A DNA stretch of 64,000 nt from an uncultured Candidatus Peribacteria bacterium (GTDB lineage: Bacteria; Patescibacteriota; Gracilibacteria; Peribacterales; Peribacteraceae): positions 560-64,559 of the forward strand of contig CAZLYW010000001.1 of assembly GCA_964563915.1 (NCBI GenBank), written 5' to 3'. Positions 26,398 through 36,039 of this stretch are shown piece after piece. Below the pieces are notes generated by a model, which was given only the letters and a program-made list of their open reading frames with translations, searched no databases and was not told where the DNA came from. A program made the position numbers and the translations under genes. Position 1 is the first letter of the stretch; every line of letters starts with the position of its first letter.

Positions 26398-28932
26398 TTA
26401 TTGTTCATCGGGGGGAATCCCGTAGTACTTGAACAAGAACGCCGCAATGTCTTTGAAGACCGGCGCCGCGGCTGTCGCGCCGTGGATGACGCTCTTCGGA
26501 CGGTCGATTTTGACGAGGACGACGAATTTCGGATGATCAATGGGCGCGTAGCCGGCGAAGGTCGCGATGGTGCTGCCGGTCCCGCTCTCGTACTTGCCGC
26601 CTGGGCCGGCGATCTGGCTGGTTCCGGTCTTGGCGGCGATGCGATGCCCGGGGACTTTTCCCGCCCGAGCGAAGCCGCGCGCGGCCGCACTTGTCAGCAT
26701 CGCGGTAATCGTCTCTGACGTCTGCCGCGTGATGACCTGATCCTGCACACGTGGCTGGAAGCTCTCGGCCGTCCGGTCGGGATGGACGATCGAATCGATG
26801 ATGATTGGTCGCAGGAGTTTGCCGCCATTCGCGAGTGCGGACCACGCGGTGACGACTTGCAGGGGCGTCGCCGAGAGCCCCTGCCCGAATGCGGTCGTTG
26901 CCAGGAGGGTCCGGGACCATTCCCTCCACGGGCGGATTTCGCCGGGGAGTTCGTCTTCCAGTTCAATGCTCGTAATCTTGCCGAAGCCGAAGCGGTCGAG
27001 CGCGCCGTGGAAGAGCTTGGCTCCGAGCTTGAACGAGACACTCGTCATGCAGGTGTTGATGGAGAACTCGAGGCAATTGGTCATCGTCACCTTCCCGTAG
27101 TGATGGAAGTTGTTGTTGTTGATCTTGTACTCATCGACTTCGACCGGCCCCGTGTCGTCGTAGGTATCGGACGGCGTCACTTCGCCCTGATCGAGAGCGA
27201 TCGCCATGGTCACGGGCTTGAGGACCGAGCCCGGCTCGTAGATCTCCTGTACCGTGCGGTTGAGGTATGCCCCAAGACCGATATTGTTGCGGAACTTCAT
27301 CCACACGCTCGGATCAGACGTCGGGAACACTTCGCGCTTCACGTTCTCACCGATGTAGAGGAAGAAGCGTGTGAAGTCGCGGAGATCGTAATTCTTCTCC
27401 ATGTCCTCGAGCGCCTTGCGGGTCTTCTCGGTCAGGAGCGTTCGTCCGGACGCCGTGAACACGTCGTCGATGTACGCCTTCACCACTCGCAAATTTGCTT
27501 CGGGATGGAAAACCTCGACAACGATGCTCTTGCGTTCCTGGGGAGAGAGCGTCACTGGCTCCTTCGCCGAGACATCAGCGTAGTTGTTGCCGTCGAAGAG
27601 GGGAGCGTTGACCATGGCGAGGATCCGTCCGGTGAAGGGGTCCATGACGATCGCTTGGCCGCTGTCGGCCTGGTACTTCTCGATCGCGGCCTGCAGGGTG
27701 ATCTCGAGGTGCTTCTGGATCGTCCGGTCGATCGTCAGGACGACGGTATCGCCGTCCAAGGGGTCTTCGATGGCCTGCTCGGGACGGAGGATTTGGCCCC
27801 CCTGGGGATCGCTGATCGTCTTGATAGTGCCTTCTCGACCTCGCAGCTGTGGATCATAGGTGCGTTCGACGCCGTACTGCGGCTCCTGCCGAGTGTTCAG
27901 GAAACCGACAACGTGCGACGCGATTGTCGTATCGGGGTAGAACCGCCAGTGCTCTGCGAGCATGGCGATGCTGCGGAGGGGGTACTTGAACTCGGCTCCC
28001 GTGTCGCGCTTGCCCTTCTGCGCCTTCACCCGCTCGAGCGTTTCGCGCGCCGAGGCAGCCTTGGCCTGGAGGATCTGGAGGCTGACGGATCGCGGGACGC
28101 GGCGGAGGATCGACACGTACCGCAAGTGCCGGGAGCGCAGCGAGGCCTGGAGCGCGTCGGCATCGGTCCCGAGCGCCTGCGCGAGTGACCGCGCGAGGGA
28201 ATCGACGATCGCTTGATTGATCTCCTCTGGATTGGCGTACGCGAGATTCTGTTCTTCGACGACGCGCACCCCCGGGATATCGAGCGCGCGCACAGCGGAC
28301 ATCTCGGATTTCGTCAGGCCGTACTTGAGCGGCACGAACGTGACGTTCTTCTCAGAGATCCGCCTCTCGATGTCGGCGGAGAGCGCATCGCGTGCCTGGG
28401 TGAAAGTCGGGAGTGTGAGGAGTGCCGGCGGGAGTGGGGCGCCGGGGGCGAGCGGCTCCGGCAGCGCGCCTGACAGGAGAATCTTCTGTCGAACAAGGGG
28501 GTCGAATGCCGCAGCATAGAATGGGATGAACTCCCGCGGACAGGTGTCGCGACCATGGGAGCATTGGTCGTGCAGCTGCTCGGTGAGGAGGAGCGTCGAG
28601 AGGGTGCGCGCGACGATGGTCGGATCGTCGGTGATCAGCGGGTCGACGTACACGAGGTCGAGCGTGATGTTGGTCGCGAGGATGGTGGTCTCGCCCGTGC
28701 GGCTGTCGCGCGCGAGAATTTCGCCACGCTTGGCGGGGAGCTTGACGCCGCCGAAGTGCTGGCGCTGCGCTTCGGAATGGAACGCGCTCCCGCGGACGAT
28801 CTGCAGTTCGATGAGCCGCGCGATGATGAGCAACCCGGCGACCAGAAACACTCCGGCGACAATCGCCATCCGACGTCTCAGCGAGCGGCGCTTGTGCGTT
28901 TCAGACTGAGTGCGGTGGGGGTTGAAGGCCAT
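26398..28932 (-). CDS. penicillin-binding protein 2 / FtsI-type transpeptidase
   Basis: N-terminal TM anchor, SxxK (GSVLKP) and KTGTS motifs. Start set at MAFNPH. Confidence 0.9.
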   Translation of the reverse strand: MAFNPHRTQSETHKRRSLRRRMAIVAGVFLVAGLLIIARLIELQIVRGSAFHSEAQRQHFGGVKLPAKRGEILARDSRTGETTILATNITLDLVYVDPLITDDPTIVARTLSTLLLTEQLHDQCSHGRDTCPREFIPFYAAAFDPLVRQKILLSGALPEPLAPGAPLPPALLTLPTFTQARDALSADIERRISEKNVTFVPLKYGLTKSEMSAVRALDIPGVRVVEEQNLAYANPEEINQAIVDSLARSLAQALGTDADALQASLRSRHLRYVSILRRVPRSVSLQILQAKAASARETLERVKAQKGKRDTGAEFKYPLRSIAMLAEHWRFYPDTTIASHVVGFLNTRQEPQYGVERTYDPQLRGREGTIKTISDPQGGQILRPEQAIEDPLDGDTVVLTIDRTIQKHLEITLQAAIEKYQADSGQAIVMDPFTGRILAMVNAPLFDGNNYADVSAKEPVTLSPQERKSIVVEVFHPEANLRVVKAYIDDVFTASGRTLLTEKTRKALEDMEKNYDLRDFTRFFLYIGENVKREVFPTSDPSVWMKFRNNIGLGAYLNRTVQEIYEPGSVLKPVTMAIALDQGEVTPSDTYDDTGPVEVDEYKINNNNFHHYGKVTMTNCLEFSINTCMTSVSFKLGAKLFHGALDRFGFGKITSIELEDELPGEIRPWREWSRTLLATTAFGQGLSATPLQVVTAWSALANGGKLLRPIIIDSIVHPDRTAESFQPRVQDQVITRQTSETITAMLTSAAARGFARAGKVPGHRIAAKTGTSQIAGPGGKYESGTGSTIATFAGYAPIDHPKFVVLVKIDRPKSVIHGATAAAPVFKDIAAFLFKYYGIPPDEQ

Positions 28933-28976
28933 GCAGCGAGAATGATCAATGACCAATGACCAATCATCAAGGAAGA

Positions 28977-29006
28977 TTGGAACGAGGACACAAGTTGTGG
29001 TAGAAT
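28977..29006 (+). promoter_or_regulatory. extended -10 promoter TTGGAA-18-(TGG)TAGAAT ending 6 nt before the ATPase ATG (leaderless candidate)
   Basis: -35 at 28977-28982, TG at 28998-28999, -10 at 29001-29006, ATG at 29013. Confidence 0.4.
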
Positions 29007-29012
29007 ACACAG

Positions 29013-30191
29013 ATGGCACACATCGATTTTTCCACACTGGATGGCGAGCATCTCCTGACGACCATGCAGCAGGAAGCGGCCGCGCATGGCGTATCCGATC
29101 TCCATTTGTCTCCGCAGAAGAGCGATGTTCGCCTCGAGTGGCGCCTGCACGGTATTCTCCTCACACTCGCGAGTATCTCGCACCCGGCCTACGTGGATTT
29201 GCTCCGCCGTGTGAAGTTCCTCGCGAAATTGAAGCTGAACATCACGAACATTCCGCAGGACGGGCAATATGTTTTTGCAGTTTCGAGTTCCGGGTTACCT
29301 GCCCTGAGCAACGTCGAAGGGCGGGTTGCAGGCGACGAAACTCGAAACTCGCAACCCGCAACAAATCGTACAGTGAACGTCCGCGTGGCGACATTGCCGT
29401 CTCGTTTTGGAGAGGCTCTCACGCTCCGGCTCCTGGATCCCGACCGAGGAATCCTCCCACTCGTCAAGCTGGGATTCCCTGCAGAGATGGAGAAATCACT
29501 CAAAGAACTCGTGGAGATCCCGAACGGCTTGATCCTCGTCACAGGCCCGACGGGATCGGGGAAGACGACCACCCTCTACGCACTACTCTCGACCATCATC
29601 GGCAAGGAGCGCAATATCATCACTCTGGAGGATCCGGTCGAGTACGAGCTGCCTGGCATCATCCAGAGCGAAATCGACCCCGACCACGACTTCTCGTTCG
29701 CGACGGGTCTGAGGAGCATCCTGCGTCACGACCCGGACGTGATCCTCGTCGGCGAGATCCGCGATCTGGAGACTGCGCAGACGGCCGTGAATGCGGCACT
29801 GACCGGACACCTGGTGCTCTCGACACTCCACACGAATTCCGCCGTAGAGGCGATTCCGCGCTTCCTCTCGATGGGCGTGAGCCCCTACACTCTCGCTCCG
29901 GCTTTCCGCGCAGTACTTGCGCAGCGGCTGGTGCGAACCGTAACCGACGAGTGCAAAACCTCCGGCACCTGCGATCCCGGTGCGCACGCGACGTACGGCG
30001 GCCAGATGGTGCTGCCTGAATTGCTCGTGATCTCCCCGGCGATCCAGCAGCTGATCCTGAACTTGAGCGATGCCTCCGCGATCGAAACGCAGGCGAAGAA
30101 AGAAGGGTTCAGGACGATGAAGCAGTGGGGAGAGGTTGTCGTTTCCGAAAAACGCACGACGAAAGAGGAAGTGGCGCGAGTGACGGGATGA
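29013..30191 (+). CDS. GspE/PilB-family secretion ATPase (short form)
   Basis: Has Walker A GPTGSGKTTT, LRHDPDVILVGEIRD and TGHLVLSTLHTN. No pilC/pilM-type partners are in the window. Confidence 0.9.
   Translation: MAHIDFSTLDGEHLLTTMQQEAAAHGVSDLHLSPQKSDVRLEWRLHGILLTLASISHPAYVDLLRRVKFLAKLKLNITNIPQDGQYVFAVSSSGLPALSNVEGRVAGDETRNSQPATNRTVNVRVATLPSRFGEALTLRLLDPDRGILPLVKLGFPAEMEKSLKELVEIPNGLILVTGPTGSGKTTTLYALLSTIIGKERNIITLEDPVEYELPGIIQSEIDPDHDFSFATGLRSILRHDPDVILVGEIRDLETAQTAVNAALTGHLVLSTLHTNSAVEAIPRFLSMGVSPYTLAPAFRAVLAQRLVRTVTDECKTSGTCDPGAHATYGGQMVLPELLVISPAIQQLILNLSDASAIETQAKKEGFRTMKQWGEVVVSEKRTTKEEVARVTG
29283..29372. repeat. composite repeat (family A core plus family B arms) inserted in frame in the PilB/GspE-like ATPase
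   Basis: Contains CCTGCCCTGAGCAACGTCGAAGGGCG and CGAAACTCGAAACTCGCAACCCGCAAC. It encodes SSSGLPALSNVEGRVAGDETRNSQPATNRT between QDGQYVFAV and VNVRVATLPS. Confidence 0.7.
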
Positions 30192-30193
30192 TC

Positions 30194-30277
30194 TCGGGAT
30201 CGGGATCGGGATCGTGGACGGGACTGATAAAGAAGCGGTCATTTTTTTGTCCGAGCCCGAGCCCGTCCCCGAGCCCG
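30194..30277. repeat. hexamer-repeat inverted pair (CGGGAT)n ... (GAGCCC)n
   Basis: tcgggatcgggatcgggatcgtggacgggac and gtccgagcccgagcccgtccccgagcccg face each other across a 24-nt A/T-rich loop. Related CTAGCCCCAGCCCC motifs occur at 8714-8738 and about 41650-41666, each just after a stop codon. Confidence 0.65.
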
Positions 30278-30328
30278 TTTCATGATCTTGCCTTTGCTCC
30301 CAGCCGCGCCATAGTATGCTGTACTCCC

Positions 30329-32092
30329 ATGTACTTCCGCCCCCGCCACCGACGCGGAGTGTATCCGCTCGCGCAGGAACACACGCTCCCACGAGGCGTG
30401 CGGATGTTGCTCACCGCCGGCGCGGCTCTGTTCGCCGCGTACTTGCTCTGGACACTACTCCTGCGGCTCTTCGGGATCGCGGGCGGAGCGGAGCGCGCGG
30501 GCGCCATGCTCGCGGTGGAAGATCGCGGCACGGTCTCGGTGACGATCGACGGCACGCAGCAGCGGGCGGAGAACGGCATGATGCTCTTCCCCGGTGAACA
30601 TCTGACGACCGGCCCCGGCGCCCACGCGTCGCTCCAGTTCTTCGACGGGTCACGCGTGCGACTGAATGAGAGTACGGAAATTTCTGTATCAGAGAGTGCG
30701 CGCGGCGAGAGCGATTCACGCGTGAGCGTGGACCTGCGGCAGGGAACGCTCTGGCTCATGACTGCTGGCCGCAGGAGCTTCACCGGTAGCATCGTCTGGG
30801 CCGTCACGTCGCCGACGCTCTCCTTCACACTCTCCCCTGGTGCAGAAGCGATGCTCTCGCCAACGTCGCTGGCCGTCTTCTCGGACGAAGGGGAGGGGAT
30901 TGAGGTATCGCTGGCAGGGCAGGACTCGATCATGATCAGCGAGGGCCAGCAGTGGGCGCTTCCCACTGGAGGGACCGCCGTCAGCTCTGACCTCTACGCC
31001 TACCGCGCGCCGCTCGATGCGGTCTCGGCGCGCTCACCGTTCGTCCTCGAAAGCAGACAGAAGCTCCTGCCGCGCGCCGCGGGAACGGCGTCGCCTGGGC
31101 GGTCCGCCGATGCGGAAGTGCTGACGCTCGCGCTTCCCGTGAACGGTGCTGTCCTGACGGAATCGACCGTGCATGTCAAAGGCACGGTCGGCGCGGGCGT
31201 TTTGTCCGTGCTCGTCAATGGGTACCCGGCCCTCCTCGATACCGCGAAGGGCACCTTCACCCAGCAACTCTCACCTCCCGACCCTTCGGCAGGCTCAGGG
31301 CAGGGCGAATTCGAGGTCCGCGTCCAGGCGCTGGATGCATCGCGCACCGTGCTCGCCGACGTGCGCCGCATGGTGAAGCGTGCGCCTCCTGCTCCACTCG
31401 CCGCCCCGACCGTCACCGTCCCCGCCAAGACGGGCCAGACGTACCGCACGTCCGCGGAAGAGCTGATCCTCCGCGGAGGAGCGCCTTCGGGCGCACGCGG
31501 CATTATGGTGAACGACTACACGCTCCAGCTCTTCGATCCCGCGAAGGAGGAGTGGAGCTACGTGGCGAGTCTGAGACTCCGCAACATGCTCCCGGGCGCC
31601 AACGTTTACGACGTCTTCGCGCTCGATGCCGCCGGCAGGAAGAGTCCCGCCGCGCGCATCACGATCATCCAAGGCGAAGGTCCGGAGGGCGTGGTGCAAC
31701 CGAGTTCCGCCGCTCCTGCCCTTACGGCCGGTCCGCTCCTCAGCAACGCGCCGCTGCTCCCTGGATCGCTGACGGTGACGCTGCCGACACCGGGAACGAG
31801 CCACAGCGAAACCGGGACGGGATTCCTCGTCGAAGGAACAACGTCGGCGAAGACCGCATCGATCTGGGTGAACGACTACAAGCTGCAACTCTACAGAGCG
31901 GGAAAAACGACGTGGAACTACATCGCGGACGTCGGGCTGAATAATCTGAAGAAGGGGAAGAACGAGTACGTGATCGTGGCGAGGAATGATAAGGGCGAGA
32001 TTTTGGACACGATGACGTACGCGGTGGAGTACCAGCCATCCCTCGGTACGCTCAACGCTCCCTTCGACTCCGCTCAGGGCAGGCCGCGTTGA
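30329..32092 (+). CDS. membrane-anchored FecR-domain protein with repeated Ig-like C-terminal modules
   Basis: TM helix, then a FecR-like segment (LFPGEHLTTGPGAHASLQFFDGSRVRLNESTEI). Two similar modules follow: VNDYTLQLFDPAKEEWSY and VNDYKLQLYRAGKTTWNY. The start is uncertain (30329 or a downstream ATG). Confidence 0.6.
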   Translation: MYFRPRHRRGVYPLAQEHTLPRGVRMLLTAGAALFAAYLLWTLLLRLFGIAGGAERAGAMLAVEDRGTVSVTIDGTQQRAENGMMLFPGEHLTTGPGAHASLQFFDGSRVRLNESTEISVSESARGESDSRVSVDLRQGTLWLMTAGRRSFTGSIVWAVTSPTLSFTLSPGAEAMLSPTSLAVFSDEGEGIEVSLAGQDSIMISEGQQWALPTGGTAVSSDLYAYRAPLDAVSARSPFVLESRQKLLPRAAGTASPGRSADAEVLTLALPVNGAVLTESTVHVKGTVGAGVLSVLVNGYPALLDTAKGTFTQQLSPPDPSAGSGQGEFEVRVQALDASRTVLADVRRMVKRAPPAPLAAPTVTVPAKTGQTYRTSAEELILRGGAPSGARGIMVNDYTLQLFDPAKEEWSYVASLRLRNMLPGANVYDVFALDAAGRKSPAARITIIQGEGPEGVVQPSSAAPALTAGPLLSNAPLLPGSLTVTLPTPGTSHSETGTGFLVEGTTSAKTASIWVNDYKLQLYRAGKTTWNYIADVGLNNLKKGKNEYVIVARNDKGEILDTMTYAVEYQPSLGTLNAPFDSAQGRPR

Positions 32093-32108
32093 GCTACTCG
32101 GGATGACA
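32037..32108. repeat. family-A hairpin repeat, opposite orientation, spanning both convergent stop codons
   Basis: The reverse complement reads GTCATCCCGAGTAGCTCAACGCGGCCTGCCCTGAGCGGAGTCGAAGGGAGCGTTGAGCGTACCGAGGGATG, the same architecture as 26053-26107. Confidence 0.8.
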
Positions 32109-33059
32109 GAGCGAGAACGCAATCCTCGCCCCCTCTATCGCTCTCTGAAAAGCAGTCGGCACTACCGCTCCGACGTCATGCGCTTTTTGATCGGCAGGTG
32201 ACGTGAAGCTTAACTTCCAGGCATGCAAGCAGATACTCCGAATATCATATTCCTGCGTCAGCCGCTCGCTGAGCAGATTCGTGTACGTCCCGTCGCCGAG
32301 GACCGGGTGGCCGATGCTGCTCAGATGGACACGGACTTGGTGGGTGCGCCCCGTATGCAGATCGCACTCGAGCAGCGCGCACTGCTTTCCCTCGGCAAGC
32401 ATCCGGTACGTGGTCTGCGCCTCGCGCGTCTTCGCGGTGTGGAACACCGTCATCTGCGTCCGGTCCGAGACGCTGCGTCCAATGGGGGAGTCGATCGTCG
32501 CCTCGGAAACTTTGGGAATCCCCGCGACGAGGGCAAGATACGTCTTCTTCACCGTCGCCCCGAGCCGCGCCGAAGGGTCAAATTGTTTTTGAAGAAAGAG
32601 ATGCGCGGCTGCGGTCTTCGCGATGAGGACGCATCCCGTCGTGTCTTTATCCAGCCGGTGGACGAGAACGGAATCGGGCGTGAAGGGAATTTTCTTTTTT
32701 TTGAAGAGGAACGCGATCCCGTGGAGCAGCGTGACTTCACCGGGCGCCATTCCGGCTCCCGAATGGACGGCGATGCCGGCGGGCTTATCGATCACCAAGC
32801 AAGTATCGTCTTCATAGAGAATGGGAAGCTGCAGATCAACGGGCTCTACGCTCTCAGAGTTGCGGGTTTCGGGTTGCGTGAGGAGTGACACTTTGTCGCC
32901 CTCCTGAAGGCGATGAGACGGCTTCTTTACGACATCATCATTCACGCTGACCTTCCCGTCCTCAATCGCCTTCTGCGCTTTGGCGCGGCTGAGCATCCGC
33001 CCGTCGGCGGCGAGGAAGGAATCGAGACGGTCGGGGAGGGAAACGAGCCAGGTGTTCAC
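32094..33059 (-). CDS. rluD: RluA-family 23S rRNA pseudouridine synthase
   Basis: N-terminal S4 domain and catalytic HRLDKDTTG. Confidence 0.9.
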   Translation of the reverse strand: MNTWLVSLPDRLDSFLAADGRMLSRAKAQKAIEDGKVSVNDDVVKKPSHRLQEGDKVSLLTQPETRNSESVEPVDLQLPILYEDDTCLVIDKPAGIAVHSGAGMAPGEVTLLHGIAFLFKKKKIPFTPDSVLVHRLDKDTTGCVLIAKTAAAHLFLQKQFDPSARLGATVKKTYLALVAGIPKVSEATIDSPIGRSVSDRTQMTVFHTAKTREAQTTYRMLAEGKQCALLECDLHTGRTHQVRVHLSSIGHPVLGDGTYTNLLSERLTQEYDIRSICLHAWKLSFTSPADQKAHDVGAVVPTAFQRAIEGARIAFSLCHPE

Positions 33060-33270
33060 TGAGGCATTCTACGCTACACATCGAAAAGCGCCCCCCACCC
33101 CCGCATACATACACGGGAAGGGGCTGATGTACACGACTCTTGTCTCTGATCCCACACGTTCCTAGACTCCTCATCCGCCAGGGATTCATTTTTTCTATTG
33201 TCCCTGTCGGGCACCCCAGGGTCGCAAGGCTCTGGGGTTGTATTCGGAAGTTGTTGTACACTCAGGCACG

Positions 33271-34434
33271 ATGCATTCCCCCGACCTCCTCACCCGCAGC
33301 GTCGCGAAATTGATTCCTCAGAAATTGGCGGAAGAGAAAATTGCGTCCGGAAAAAAACTTCGCGTCTACTGGGGCATTGATCCAACAGGCACCAGAATGC
33401 ACCTCGGGCACACGATCCCGATGCGCAAGCTGATGCAATTTGCGGATGCGGGCCATCACACGATTCTCGTGATCGGTAGCTTCACCGCGATGCTTGGCGA
33501 TCCGTCCGATAAAAATGCAATGCGTAAGCCTCTCACGCGCGAACAGGTGCAGAAGAATTTCGAGTCGTACAAGGAGCAGGCGGCGAACATCCTCGACTTT
33601 TCCAAGATCGAAGTCCGCTATAATCACGAATGGCTGGGCAAGCTCACGTACGACGAGATCATGAAGCATGCGAGCCTCTTCACTGTGCAGCAGATGGAAC
33701 AACGCGAGGTTTTCGAGCGCCGGATGAAAGCCGAGAGTCCGCTCGGCGTGCATGAATTCCTGTATCCGCTGATGGTCGGGTACGATTCGGTCGTCCTGGA
33801 TGTGGATTGTGAAATCGGTGGGACGGACCAGGAATTCAACATGCTCGCCGGCAGGACGATGCAGAAGGCCTTCGGCAAGCGCGACAAGTTCGTCCTCACC
33901 ACACGGCTCATCGAGGGAACCGACGGGCGTCTGATGAGCAAGACGTACGATAACTGCATCTGGCTCGAAGATTCGGCCAAGGAGATGTTCGGCAAGCTCA
34001 TGAGCGTGAAGGACGAGCTCATCGTCCCGTACCTGGAATGCGTCACCGAGATGCCGATGGCCGAAATCAAAGAGATCGAGAAGAGACTCAAGGGAACAAT
34101 GAATCCCAAGGACGCCAAAATGCGCCTCGCACGGGAGGTCGTCGCACTGTATCACGGCGTCGACGCCGCGAAGCACGCGGAGGCGGAGTTCACGCACGTG
34201 TTCACCGAGCACAAGATTCCCGAAGATATCAGGGAAGTGAGAGCGGGGAAGGGAACTCTGGTGATTGACCTCATCGTGAAAGAAAAACTCGCGCCCTCCA
34301 AATCCGAAGCGCGGAGGCTCATCGAGCAAGGCGGAGTGCATCTGAATGACAAGACAGTCACATCGATGGACGCGAAGGTGCACCAGGGAATTCTGAAAGT
34401 AGGGAAGAGGAAGTTCGTCAAGATTGTCGTATGA
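33271..34434 (+). CDS. tyrS: tyrosyl-tRNA synthetase
   Basis: Has the HLGH (HIGH) motif, a KMSKS-like LMSKT and a C-terminal S4-like domain. Confidence 0.9.
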   Translation: MHSPDLLTRSVAKLIPQKLAEEKIASGKKLRVYWGIDPTGTRMHLGHTIPMRKLMQFADAGHHTILVIGSFTAMLGDPSDKNAMRKPLTREQVQKNFESYKEQAANILDFSKIEVRYNHEWLGKLTYDEIMKHASLFTVQQMEQREVFERRMKAESPLGVHEFLYPLMVGYDSVVLDVDCEIGGTDQEFNMLAGRTMQKAFGKRDKFVLTTRLIEGTDGRLMSKTYDNCIWLEDSAKEMFGKLMSVKDELIVPYLECVTEMPMAEIKEIEKRLKGTMNPKDAKMRLAREVVALYHGVDAAKHAEAEFTHVFTEHKIPEDIREVRAGKGTLVIDLIVKEKLAPSKSEARRLIEQGGVHLNDKTVTSMDAKVHQGILKVGKRKFVKIVV

Positions 34435-34470
34435 ATACGTTCACCCAAAAACACTGCGTCCCGTGCGAGA

Positions 34471-35451
34471 TCACAAATCCAACACCGTGTGCGCGGCGCC
34501 GCTACGCAGTGGAGCGGCGATCGCCGATAGTCGTGCGATCGCCGGATCGAGCGCTGCACGGGGATCCTCGCCCGCAGTGTACGCTTCGATCACGACAGTC
34601 AGGAGCTGTCGTTCCCACTGCGGCCAGTAGTGGAAGGTACGGTAGGGTGCCAGTCTCCCTTCCCCCTGGAGGACCGTTCTCCCCACAGCATCGAGGAGTG
34701 CGCGACGGCGATCATCGGGCAATGTCAACGCATCACAGAACATCTGCAGTACCACCCACGGCACGACGGTGCCCTGACGTAACGCCGACATCAGTGCCGC
34801 GAGTTGCCGGCGGTTCATCTTCGCGAACGCCGCAGGACGCTGCTGGTAGTTCCACTTGATCCAGTCATTGCTGGAGATCGCGTATTCCGCACAGAGCGTG
34901 CGCACCTCCGCTGACAGGGGATTTTCCTTGTGCTGCTCGATCCAAAATCGGTGCATGCCGGTCCGCCACAGATCGCGGGCCGCATTCTCTTCCAGACCAA
35001 GGGCCTGGGCGATCTTCCTCCAGACCGTCCAGGACGGCATCTGTGGTGGCGTATGCTTGATTCCTCTGGGACGCCGCTTCCCGCGGAGGATTTGCTGCAA
35101 TGCCCCGGTGCTAGATCCGCTGCAGGCGGCGACATCGTCGTACCCGTAGCGCCGGAGGTGTGCCTGGAGCAATTCGCGCATGCCCTCGGGATCTTTCCCA
35201 ATGTACGCGCGCCACACCTCCTCCCCCTCTTCAGTGGGAATCCTCAATGCAGCGATGATGCGACGCACAGAATCTCGGGTGAAATCTTGCTTCGCCTTGA
35301 TCGAATCCCTAACCACAATGCCATAGACCTTTTCCAGCGTGTAGATGCTACACTGGTACTTCAACAGCAGCTCGCTCATGACGGACGCGAAGCGTCCCCG
35401 GAACCGCTCCGTCGTCATCCCGTCGCAGAGGAGTGGGGGAACAGTGCGCAT
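34471..35451 (-). CDS. hypothetical Trp/Arg-rich protein, possibly multi-HTH
   Basis: 326-aa ORF with protein-like composition. An alternative start lies at 35418. No family recognised. Confidence 0.45.
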   Translation of the reverse strand: MRTVPPLLCDGMTTERFRGRFASVMSELLLKYQCSIYTLEKVYGIVVRDSIKAKQDFTRDSVRRIIAALRIPTEEGEEVWRAYIGKDPEGMRELLQAHLRRYGYDDVAACSGSSTGALQQILRGKRRPRGIKHTPPQMPSWTVWRKIAQALGLEENAARDLWRTGMHRFWIEQHKENPLSAEVRTLCAEYAISSNDWIKWNYQQRPAAFAKMNRRQLAALMSALRQGTVVPWVVLQMFCDALTLPDDRRRALLDAVGRTVLQGEGRLAPYRTFHYWPQWERQLLTVVIEAYTAGEDPRAALDPAIARLSAIAAPLRSGAAHTVLDL

Positions 35452-35588
35452 TGCGTAGCCAAAGTGAAGTCTATCCTAGAACCGGCAAAACGCGAGTACA
35501 TCACGCCTGAACCACGCGGTTTCCGCTGCGGTGCCAACAGAACTTGTATTTTTCAATACATCTTGTACTCTCCCGAAGCCTCGTGTGT

Positions 35589-35951
35589 ATGACTCGCGCC
35601 AAAAAATCGCCGCCCACCACCCTCGTCACCTACCTCTGCACCCGCTGCACCTGGGACTTCTCGCGGACGGAACTCGACAAGCCCACGTGTACCATCTGCG
35701 AGAAGAACGATAAGCTGCAGGAGATCAAACGCGAGCCGATCACGCCGCAGGCGATCGAGGCCGGCATGATGCGGTCGATGGAACGGATGATGGTGAATTT
35801 GGAGAAGGCCTACAGCGCGGGAAAGGAGGAGGGGATCGGCGACCAGGAGGAGATCATGCTCCTGGAAGCGATGGTGAAGGCGAAGAATTTGCAGAAGCAC
35901 GTGGAGAAGGCGTTTGGGAAGGGCAAGACGAAGACGAGATCGAAGGTGTAA
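35589..35951 (+). CDS. hypothetical zinc-ribbon protein
   Basis: CTRC...CTIC pair near the N-terminus, followed by a helical Lys/Glu-rich tail. Confidence 0.45.
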   Translation: MTRAKKSPPTTLVTYLCTRCTWDFSRTELDKPTCTICEKNDKLQEIKREPITPQAIEAGMMRSMERMMVNLEKAYSAGKEEGIGDQEEIMLLEAMVKAKNLQKHVEKAFGKGKTKTRSKV

Positions 35952-36039
35952 ATTTCGCCGGATAATTTTTTGTGAGTGCCGCGAACTGAATCGCTGGTTG
36001 TCAGCGGAGATTTCGAAATCTCCGCTGAAAAACGGCCAT

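Noticed and set aside
26208-26432. 74-aa ORF (MKTMSNELLSRWEPDPF...) in the glmS-PBP spacer.
   Set aside because: There is no recognisable motif, and it overlaps the PBP gene's 3' end by 35 nt. It could be real, since the DNA is G+C-poor and the composition is protein-like, but the support is too weak to call.
30194-30277. Hexamer repeats (also at 8714-8738) as a possible CRISPR or other array.
   Set aside because: The units are 6 nt with no spacers, form an inverted pair, and there are no cas genes. This is consistent with a simple-sequence hairpin element.
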